Shown here: in pieces, positions 48,254-55,790 of the stretch | Numbering within the stretch: position 1 is the first letter of the stretch | Layout of the letters: every line of letters starts with the position of its first letter | NCBI GenBank assembly: GCA_964638585.1 | Contig: CAZXAN010000001.1 | Coordinates: 108,372-172,371, forward strand | DNA from: an uncultured Candidatus Saccharibacteria bacterium | GTDB taxonomy: Bacteria; Patescibacteriota; Minisyncoccia; Phycocordibacterales; Phycocordibacteraceae | Direction: 5' to 3' | Length of the DNA: 64,000 nucleotides | Program-made: the position numbers and the translations under genes | The notes under the pieces: model-generated | What the model was told of the DNA's origin: nothing | The model's database searches: none | Seen by the model: the letters and a program-made list of their open reading frames with translations, nothing else

Positions 48254-48429
48254 AGCGGAGAATGGCTTAACGAGTAAGCCGCTTTCTGCTATGGCAAATG
48301 CAAATTGAACCTATCAAAGAACTCGAATAACAGTAGCAAAGAAATTCAATCAGTCAAGGTGGGTTGAGAGAACAATGTGGCACGTTCTCCATCCTTGTAC
48401 GTACGAGAGCGGTACGCGATGCTGTATGT

Positions 48430-48585
48430 ATGGACAACAAAGAATCACAACGTGTTCGAGAATTCCAGGAGGCAGTCAGGGAAGAGTTCGTGGAGGATCT
48501 TCCAGAGAAGGATGCAAGGATAATGCTCCAGCAACTGGTTCAGTTGTACTTGCTCATCTCGCGTCCTTTACCGGAGAAAAGCTAA
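48430..48585 (+). CDS. small conserved protein, family A (MDNKESQRVREF...LVQLYLLISR)
   Basis: fourth full copy; stop overlaps convergent B ORF. Confidence 0.5.
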   Translation: MDNKESQRVREFQEAVREEFVEDLPEKDARIMLQQLVQLYLLISRPLPEKS

Positions 48586-48710
48586 GCCGCCTTCTTGAAT
48601 TCACCACCTTCAAACCGCTTCTTGAGTGCGCGAATGTTTGCTACAGTATCTTTGACTTCATCGTCGTCGCGGCTCAAAAAGGTGCGAACGTCGTTGATGA
48701 ACGCCAGCTG
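48582..48710 (-). CDS. small ORF, family B, copy at the accessory-region/backbone junction, no ATG
   Basis: …LAFINDVRTFLSRDDDEVKDTVANIRALKKRFEGGEFKKAA; ends 15-20 nt from rdgB start. Confidence 0.35.
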   Translation of the reverse strand, partial: QLAFINDVRTFLSRDDDEVKDTVANIRALKKRFEGGEFKKAA

Positions 48711-48731
48711 TGAGCATGAAATTTAAAAATC

Positions 48732-49277
48732 ATGCAAAAACTCACCTTCATCACCGGCAATGCCGCCAAAGCAAAATATTTGAGCGATTATTTTCATGCG
48801 CCCGTTGAGCACATGAAGCTCGACCTGCACGAGATTCAATCACTCGATTTAAAAGAAGTGGTTGAAGATAAGGCGCGCCGCGCATACGCGGTGGCTAAAA
48901 GCCCTGTGCTTGTAGAGGATACGTCTCTCATTTTTAACAGTCTGAAAAAACTTCCAGGTCCACTTATCAAGTGGTTTTTAGAAACACTCGGAAATGATGG
49001 CTTGTGCCGACTGCTCGATGGCGTTGATGACAGAAGTGCATTCGCAGAAATTGAATTCGCTATTTGTGACGAGCAAGGAGTTCATACGTTTCGAGGCTCC
49101 GCTGAGGGCACAATTGCAGAGACTCCTCGCGGTGAGACAGGCTTCGGTTGGGACCCTATTTTTATTCCGAAGGGGTACACAAAGACGTGGGCGGAGATGA
49201 CGGGCGACGAGAAGCACGCGACCTCAATGCGTAAAATCGCGTTGGAGAAGATGTCAACTTTTTTAAATCAAAAATGA
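48732..49277 (+). CDS. rdgB: non-canonical purine NTP pyrophosphatase (Ham1/RdgB family)
   Basis: ITGNAAK N-terminus, FGWDPIF motif, family-typical length. Confidence 0.85.
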   Translation: MQKLTFITGNAAKAKYLSDYFHAPVEHMKLDLHEIQSLDLKEVVEDKARRAYAVAKSPVLVEDTSLIFNSLKKLPGPLIKWFLETLGNDGLCRLLDGVDDRSAFAEIEFAICDEQGVHTFRGSAEGTIAETPRGETGFGWDPIFIPKGYTKTWAEMTGDEKHATSMRKIALEKMSTFLNQK

Positions 49278-49612
49278 TTACATACGACGATTTTACAAAG
49301 GTAGATATACGGGCGGGGAAGATTGTAGAGATACAGGATTTCCCCGAGGCGCGAAAGCCTGCTTATAAATTGAAAATAGATTTTGGCCCTGAAATTGGAA
49401 TCAAACAGTCCAGTGTGCAGGCGGTTGGTGCGCACACCAAAGAAGAATTACTAAACTCGCTTGTGTGTTGTGTCGTCAACTTCCCGCCTAAGCAGGTCGG
49501 CCCATTCGCTTCAGAAGTGCTCACACTCGGCTTCCGTAACGCCTCTGGCGAAGGTTGGGTGCTCATAGAGCCGAAAAAGGATTCAGTAGATCTTGGGAGC
49601 AGATTGAGTTAG
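49274..49612 (+). CDS. tRNA-binding (CsaA/EMAP-like OB-fold) protein
   Basis: FTKVDIRAGKIVE...ARKPAYKLKIDFG typical tRNA-binding domain. Confidence 0.8.
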   Translation: MITYDDFTKVDIRAGKIVEIQDFPEARKPAYKLKIDFGPEIGIKQSSVQAVGAHTKEELLNSLVCCVVNFPPKQVGPFASEVLTLGFRNASGEGWVLIEPKKDSVDLGSRLS

Positions 49613-49662
49613 TAAAGATAAAAGGGACAAACGGTTAACCGAGTGGTCACTGTTTGTCCCTT

Positions 49663-50040
49663 TCAGAATGGAATGTCGTCGGACTCTTCTCCGTAATCTT
49701 GTGACGACACCGGCTTCAGCACCCACTCTGGTTCAAAGCGAGTCTCTGTCTTTCCGTCAATCAAGACCCGCATCACCGACTTCAGCTCCATGACGAGTGC
49801 CAGCGAGACGGTTTGTTCGACAGGCATTTCTTGTGGCACTCCCATGAACCTCTCTTCGGGACAGTCTGGGTCTAAATGCCTGTTCATAACATAAAACCGG
49901 CCACGCTGAGGGACCCATACATGGCGTTCGTACAGTTCGCCAGGTTGAATCCACTCACAGCACCATTCGCAGAAGTGTTCTTTGCGTGCTTTCTGGGTTG
50001 ATTCCCAAAAAATCTCTCGACTCATAACCGACCCTTTCAA
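49663..50040 (-). CDS. hypothetical Cys-containing protein
   Basis: 125-aa ORF; CEWCCEW and CPEE segments; no family recognised. Confidence 0.4.
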   Translation of the reverse strand: MKGSVMSREIFWESTQKARKEHFCEWCCEWIQPGELYERHVWVPQRGRFYVMNRHLDPDCPEERFMGVPQEMPVEQTVSLALVMELKSVMRVLIDGKTETRFEPEWVLKPVSSQDYGEESDDIPF

Positions 50041-50104
50041 AAGTTGTTTCTGAGGCCATTATAAAGCAATATAATAGAATTGGAAGTCGGACTTCCAAAC
50101 CTAA

Positions 50105-50347
50105 ATGACACACTACGTTTACATACTTGAATGCGCGGATGGGACGTTGTATGTGGGATGCACGAATAATTTAGAGAAGAGATTGCGAGAGCACAATCAT
50201 GCGAAAAGTGGCGCGCACTATACGAAGATACGCAGGCCGGTTTTTTTGAAGTATTCTGAAACATTTAAAAATATAGCAGAGGCGCGCGCCCGTGAGGGCG
50301 CGCTTAAACGCCTAACCCGTGAGCAGAAGCTAGCTCTGATTGTTTGA
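50105..50347 (+). CDS. GIY-YIG nuclease-family protein (UPF0213-like)
   Basis: HYVYILECADGTLYVGCTNNLEKRLREHN. Confidence 0.8.
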   Translation: MTHYVYILECADGTLYVGCTNNLEKRLREHNHAKSGAHYTKIRRPVFLKYSETFKNIAEARAREGALKRLTREQKLALIV

Positions 50348-50533
50348 TATAATATCTATATGAAAAACTTAAAATTCGGGACGAATTTTGCAGTGTTCGT
50401 AATATTATTTGGAGTGGCCCTCTTAGACGCGATTCAGGTACAAAGCTGGGCACGAATTGCAGTGTTTGTGGCACTTGCTGTCCTGTTTCTCTGGGCAGAT
50501 ACAAAAGGGAACTAACTTTGGTATTGTGTAGAC

Positions 50534-51601
50534 ATGTTTTATAAAAAAGTACTGCGACCGTTATTCTTTAAGTGTAACCCGGAGTGGGCACATGACTTTA
50601 TGGTCTTCTGGGGCGAGGTGTTTGGTGCTATTCCTCCTATGCGCTGGCTCATCTCTGCGGTATGGGGCTACAGAGGGAGAGATATTTCAAAAGTTGTTGA
50701 TGGAGTGCGCTACGAACGACCAGTGCTTCTCTCTGCCGGCTTTGACACCGACGGTCGCCTTTCGCGTATTCTCCCGTGCATCTCGCTTGGTGGTGAAGAA
50801 GTTGGTTCAGTAACGGCGCGTCCCTGTGAAGGGAACGCGCCGCCAAGGCTCACTCGCCTGATTCGCAACAAAAGTTTAATAGTGTGGAAGGGCCTGCGGA
50901 ATCACGGAGCAAAAGTAATTGCAGAAAGACTGAAAAACAAAATGGATTCGACAAGCTCACCACAAGAAACCCGGGGCAGATTTGTTGTCGGCATTTCTGT
51001 TGCACAAACAAATGATGAGAATGTTCGCAATGCAGAGACTGGTATTGAAGATTACTACGAGACGTTCAGGATTATGAACGAGATGGGAGTCGGCGACTAC
51101 TACACTATTAACATCTCCTGTCCGAATACGTTTGGTGGCGAGACTTTCGCAACGCCAGAGTTGCTCACGCGACTGCTCACGAAGCTCTCGACAGTTCAGT
51201 GCAATAAACCACGTTATATTAAAATGCCGATAAATCTAGAGTGGGAAGCGTTTAATGAATTGTTAAAAATTATTGATACCTTTGGCTATAGTGGCGTAGT
51301 TATCGGAAACCTGAATAAGAAATATGCAGATCTAGATTTCCCAGAGGACGCACCTAAAGAGTGGCGCGGTGGCCTCTCTGGCAAGCCTTGTTTTGAATTA
51401 TCTAACGAGTTGATACGCAAGACACGCGAGACGTATGGCACGCGCTTCACAATCATCGGCGTCGGCGGAATCATGTCGGCAGAAGATGCTATGACCAAGT
51501 TTCGCGCCGGCGCCGATCTCGTACAGCTCATCACAGGCATAATTTTTGAAGGTCCAGGTTTGGTAGGAAGGATTTGCGAAGCATATGCAAAAGAATTTTA
51601 A
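50534..51601 (+). CDS. pyrD: dihydroorotate dehydrogenase (quinone), class 2
   Basis: N-terminal membrane-association helix, NLSCPNT and GIGG(I)...GA.LVQ motifs of DHODH. Confidence 0.85.
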   Translation: MFYKKVLRPLFFKCNPEWAHDFMVFWGEVFGAIPPMRWLISAVWGYRGRDISKVVDGVRYERPVLLSAGFDTDGRLSRILPCISLGGEEVGSVTARPCEGNAPPRLTRLIRNKSLIVWKGLRNHGAKVIAERLKNKMDSTSSPQETRGRFVVGISVAQTNDENVRNAETGIEDYYETFRIMNEMGVGDYYTINISCPNTFGGETFATPELLTRLLTKLSTVQCNKPRYIKMPINLEWEAFNELLKIIDTFGYSGVVIGNLNKKYADLDFPEDAPKEWRGGLSGKPCFELSNELIRKTRETYGTRFTIIGVGGIMSAEDAMTKFRAGADLVQLITGIIFEGPGLVGRICEAYAKEF

Positions 51602-51620
51602 TACATTAGAATAATTCGCA

Positions 51621-52709
51621 ATGTCACTACTTATTATTAGAGGAGCGACTGTATGTGTCGCTGTGCTCGCGCTTGTGTACACATTTGGATTCTCTCCGCT
51701 CGCGTCTAGCGAGTATCGCTCTGACCTCGTAGAGAAGTTTATCCCTCTACCAGAGATAGACAAGGCTGACTACAATGCACGACTGATTGCTCTTGCGCAC
51801 ATTGGCTCAACCACCCCAGTTAGATTCACAGCTTCTACCTCTATAGAGATAGCTACAACGGCTTCGACAAGCTCACCGCAAGCAACCAAGCTTATGTGGC
51901 CAGTTAAAACTGCATATCCAAAGGCAGGCGCGATTCTGCCATTCAAACGCATTGTTGCCTACTACGGCAACTTCTATTCTAAACAGATGGGGGTGCTTGG
52001 TGAGTATTCTGAAGAAACCGTGTTAGCGATGTTGGCCAGCACAACCAAAATGTGGACAGAGGCTGATCCTACGACTCCTGCCGTGCCAGCGATACAGTAC
52101 ATTGCAGTCGTTGCACAGGCAGGTGCCGGCAAAGATGGGAAGTATATATTGCGTATGCCAGACAACCAGATAGATCACGCGATTGAGATGGCAGAAAAGA
52201 TTAATGGAATAGTATTTCTCGATGTGCAAGTCGGCTTAAGCACTGTAGAGAGCGAGATCCCGAGACTTGAGAAGTATCTAATGATGCCAAAGGTACATCT
52301 CGCGATTGACCCAGAGTTCTCAATGAAGTCCGGCAACAGACCCGGCACTGTTATCGGCACATTTGACGCTGCAGACATCAACTACTCTGCACAGTATCTT
52401 GCGGGTTTAGTTAATAAATATGGTTTGCCACCAAAGGTTCTCGTTGTGCATCGCTTTACGCAGAAGATGATAACCAATTATAAAAATATACAGCCACTGC
52501 CAGAGGTGCAGATAGTTATAGACATGGATGGCTTCGGCTCAAAAGATTTGAAGAGAGGTACGTACACAAGAGTCATATATCCAGAGCCAGTGCAATTTAC
52601 TGGTGTCAAACTGTTTTATAAAAATGATGCCAGATCTTCTTCTGGGATGTTCACACCTGCCGAAGTACTCAAACTCACCCCTTCTCCTATCTATATTCAG
52701 TATCAATAG
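51621..52709 (+). CDS. hypothetical protein with N-terminal membrane anchor
   Basis: 362 aa, signal-anchor then soluble domain; no motif recognised. Confidence 0.4.
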   Translation: MSLLIIRGATVCVAVLALVYTFGFSPLASSEYRSDLVEKFIPLPEIDKADYNARLIALAHIGSTTPVRFTASTSIEIATTASTSSPQATKLMWPVKTAYPKAGAILPFKRIVAYYGNFYSKQMGVLGEYSEETVLAMLASTTKMWTEADPTTPAVPAIQYIAVVAQAGAGKDGKYILRMPDNQIDHAIEMAEKINGIVFLDVQVGLSTVESEIPRLEKYLMMPKVHLAIDPEFSMKSGNRPGTVIGTFDAADINYSAQYLAGLVNKYGLPPKVLVVHRFTQKMITNYKNIQPLPEVQIVIDMDGFGSKDLKRGTYTRVIYPEPVQFTGVKLFYKNDARSSSGMFTPAEVLKLTPSPIYIQYQ

Positions 52710-52752
52710 TTATTTGTTGCGCAGAGAATGGATGTGGTAGTATTATCCGCAT

Positions 52753-53478
52753 ATGAACAATGAAACAAACAAATACTTTTTACCAGCAGCAGTGATAGTC
52801 GCGGGGCTCTTTATAGCCGGAGCAGTGATGTGGAATGGCTCTCAGCCTTCTGGCACACAGCCAGTTGGGCAAGGAGATGCGCCAAAGGCAGACATTAAGG
52901 ATGTTAAGACAGACGGAGTGCCATTTATCGGCCAAGCTAATGCGCCAGTCACTATCGCATTCTGGAGCGACTTCCAGTGTCCGTACTGCAAGGCGTTTGA
53001 AGTTGGCCACCAACAGATCCCTACACCGGCGGCTCTACCAGAAATCATTAAAGATTATGTTGACAGCGGAAAAGTGAAGGTCGTATTTAAAGATGTGGTA
53101 TTCCTCAGTCCGCGAATGGGAATGGATTCTCTGACAGCAGTACTCTACAGTCAGTCGGTGTGGAAGTTGTATCCAGATCAGTACTTTGCGTGGCGCACAG
53201 CAATGTTTGAAAAGCAGGACGAGGAAGGTGCAGGATTCGGCGATGCGGCTAGCATTGATAAAATGAATGCCACCATTGCCGGCATTGATGCCGCAAAAGT
53301 CTCAGCCGATGTTAAAGCCAATACAGATGCATACACGCAGGTTGCGAGTGCCACAACTGCAGAAGCGCAGAAGCTTGGGGTTAACTCAACACCGTCATCT
53401 ATAATTGGCACACAGCTTATTGTCGGCGCGCTCCCATACGCCAGCTTCAAAACAGCCATTGATTCACTGTTGAAGTAA
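52753..53478 (+). CDS. DsbA-like thiol:disulfide oxidoreductase (thioredoxin fold)
   Basis: N-terminal anchor, CPYC active-site motif, DsbA-like length. Confidence 0.75.
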   Translation: MNNETNKYFLPAAVIVAGLFIAGAVMWNGSQPSGTQPVGQGDAPKADIKDVKTDGVPFIGQANAPVTIAFWSDFQCPYCKAFEVGHQQIPTPAALPEIIKDYVDSGKVKVVFKDVVFLSPRMGMDSLTAVLYSQSVWKLYPDQYFAWRTAMFEKQDEEGAGFGDAASIDKMNATIAGIDAAKVSADVKANTDAYTQVASATTAEAQKLGVNSTPSSIIGTQLIVGALPYASFKTAIDSLLK

Positions 53479-53520
53479 TCAAGTTCGTTAAGACGCGCGG
53501 AGGACTCCGTCCTCCGCGCG

Positions 53521-54252
53521 TTGGTGTATTATGGCGATATGAACGTCATACTTATCGCTCTTGCTGCATCTGTCGCCACTTTTATTGGCGGATGGTTCGC
53601 ACTTCGCTTCAGAGATAAGTTACATCTCATACTCGGCTTTTCGGCTGGGGCAGTGGCGGGTGTCGCCCTGTTTGACTTATTGCCCGAGGCTATTGAGCTA
53701 GGCACTAAGTATCACTCGGCTTCAACTATTGCGCTTTTTGTCGCACTCGGACTGTTCGGCTATTTAGTTCTGGACAGACTTGTTCTTCTGCATACGCACG
53801 ACGATGACGAAGAGACAAATGCGCCTCGCGGAGCATTTGGCGCGCTGACGCTCTCGGCGCACAGCTTCTTTGACGGCATGGCTATCGGAGTCGGCTTCCA
53901 AGTTTCTCCTGTAGTTGGAGTTGTTGTTGCAGTAGCAGTGCTTACACATGATTTTTCAGACGGCATAAACACAGTAAATCTTATTTTAAAAAATGGCGGG
54001 ACATGGAAACAGGCATTTAAGTGGCTTCTCGCAGATGCTGTCGCTCCATTACTCGGTGCAGTAACAACTCTATTCTTCACAATCCAAGAATCAGCGATAG
54101 GATTAGTTTTGGCAATCTTTGTCGGCACTTTTCTCTATCTCTCAGCGAGTGACTTGATACCTGAGAGTCATCACAGACACCCGCGCGCGCTCACTACTAT
54201 TATGACCCTTCTTGGAGCACTAGTGCTCTATACAGTTGTTAATTTGGTATAA
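53521..54252 (+). CDS. ZIP-family metal cation transporter (ZupT-like)
   Basis: HSFFDGMAIG and HDFSDGIN signature motifs in TM helices. Confidence 0.8.
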   Translation: MVYYGDMNVILIALAASVATFIGGWFALRFRDKLHLILGFSAGAVAGVALFDLLPEAIELGTKYHSASTIALFVALGLFGYLVLDRLVLLHTHDDDEETNAPRGAFGALTLSAHSFFDGMAIGVGFQVSPVVGVVVAVAVLTHDFSDGINTVNLILKNGGTWKQAFKWLLADAVAPLLGAVTTLFFTIQESAIGLVLAIFVGTFLYLSASDLIPESHHRHPRALTTIMTLLGALVLYTVVNLV

Positions 54253-54260
54253 TACTCTCT

Positions 54261-54596
54261 ATGAAAATACTTTTACATTGGCTCATCGCCGCAGTAGCTA
54301 TAGGTATCGCGGCTTATATAGTACCTGGCGTTACTATCACACCAATCGCCGCACTTATTGCTGCTGTTGTCTTAGGCGCTCTAAACCTATTTATCCGCCC
54401 GATCATTGTTATCCTCACTCTACCTATAAACGTAATAACGCTTGGGCTCTTCTCACTAGTTATCAACGCATTTCTGGTTCTTCTCGTGACCTACGTCGTG
54501 AAGGGATTTACGATCCCGGATTTTTGGTCGGCACTACTCTTTGCTCTTGTACTAGCGATTGTTAACTGGGTCTTCCACTTCTGGAGTAGAGACTAG
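54261..54596 (+). CDS. phage-holin-like DUF360-family small membrane protein
   Basis: 111 aa, three TM helices, IPGVTI motif. Confidence 0.55.
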   Translation: MKILLHWLIAAVAIGIAAYIVPGVTITPIAALIAAVVLGALNLFIRPIIVILTLPINVITLGLFSLVINAFLVLLVTYVVKGFTIPDFWSALLFALVLAIVNWVFHFWSRD

Positions 54597-55210
54597 ACTG
54601 CACGCTTGCCTCGGATGACGTTGATAAGTATAGGCAAGAAAGAGAACATGATAATAACGAGCGAGATGGGCAATATGTAATGCTCACTGTTTGGTATAAT
54701 AGAGCCGAGAGAGTAGCCGAGCGTAGTCATTCCGATGCCCCATGCGCATCCGCCGATAATATTGTAACGAAGAAACGTAGAGTATTTCATTGACCCAACA
54801 CCTGCAAGAATAGGCGCTAACGTGCGCACTATCGGCACAAAGCGTGCGAGTATCACCGCGCGCCCGCCGTATTTTTGATAGAAGAGTTCTGTGCGTTTAA
54901 GATACTCCTGTTTAAAGAAGAGGGAGTCTTTACGTTTGAAGAGAGGCGTACCGACATTTTTCCCGAACCAATACCCGACAGAGTCGCCCAGTATTGCAGC
55001 GATAGTTATAGAGAAGACAAGAGGCCAGAAGTGTAAGAAGCCTGCGGCAGAGAGTAGACCAGCGGCGAATAGTAGAGAATCGCCGGGGAGGAATATACCA
55101 ACAAGTAATCCGCTCTCAGAGAATACGATTATTGCTAATCCTAGATAACTACCAGTCTTTACCATCTCAATGGGATCTAGATTTATGCACGCTGAAAGAA
55201 AATCAAGCAT
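54593..55210 (-). CDS. DedA/VTT-family membrane protein
   Basis: GLLVGIFLPGDSLLFAAG and ARFVPIVRTLAPILAG signature. Confidence 0.8.
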   Translation of the reverse strand: MLDFLSACINLDPIEMVKTGSYLGLAIIVFSESGLLVGIFLPGDSLLFAAGLLSAAGFLHFWPLVFSITIAAILGDSVGYWFGKNVGTPLFKRKDSLFFKQEYLKRTELFYQKYGGRAVILARFVPIVRTLAPILAGVGSMKYSTFLRYNIIGGCAWGIGMTTLGYSLGSIIPNSEHYILPISLVIIMFSFLPILINVIRGKRAV

Positions 55211-55288
55211 TCATTTTATTCTATCAGAAAACAAAAACGAGCATTGGCTTATCACCAATGCCCGTTTCAACCTCATCCGCGCAGAGCA

Positions 55289-55672
55289 CTAGTCGCCCGG
55301 GTAGTTCATAATTGTGCCGCAAGTACAGTTTCGGCCATGTTCGCGAAAATTGTAATGGCTGTGGTCGCAGAGCCGATTTTCTGCGTTATGTCCAGCACCC
55401 ACGAATTTCTGGTCATAATCTGCCGCGCTTAGCGGGCGTGGCGGCAAGAATGAATCCAGCAATGTATCGAGCTCGTCTCTTTTTGCCGTGACTTGCCTAA
55501 GAGCCTTGTACAAAGACTCTTTGTGCGTAGAGTTTTGGGTGACCGCATGCGCCGTGCTGGTCATTGTTGCGAGTACTCGTGTTAATTGTACATGGGCGTT
55601 AAAGAACTTCTGCGCTGCATCGAGACGTGCTTCTTCAAAAATGTTTTTCTCGGGTACGGTATTCGCCTTCAC
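55289..55672 (-). CDS. hypothetical protein with C-terminal Cys/His cluster
   Basis: HNAENRLCDHSHYNFREHGRNCTCG; no family recognised. Confidence 0.35.
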   Translation of the reverse strand: MKANTVPEKNIFEEARLDAAQKFFNAHVQLTRVLATMTSTAHAVTQNSTHKESLYKALRQVTAKRDELDTLLDSFLPPRPLSAADYDQKFVGAGHNAENRLCDHSHYNFREHGRNCTCGTIMNYPGD

Positions 55673-55790
55673 GTTTATCTCCTTTTATTAACTGGGAACC
55701 CCATTGCAGATTATAGGAACAGTAGAACAAACGCAACTTGATGCACAACTTCTAACTTTTTGATGGCGGGTATGCCTTATACTGTATGAA

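Noticed and set aside
37143-48720. Interpretation of the 130-nt repeated element as integron attC sites or a non-coding MITE
   Set aside because: Copies differ mainly at codon third positions in a consistent minus-strand frame (IRALKKRF conserved with synonymous changes). No RYYYAAC/GTTRRRY core sites and no intI gene are present. The repeat is better explained as a paralogous small-gene family.
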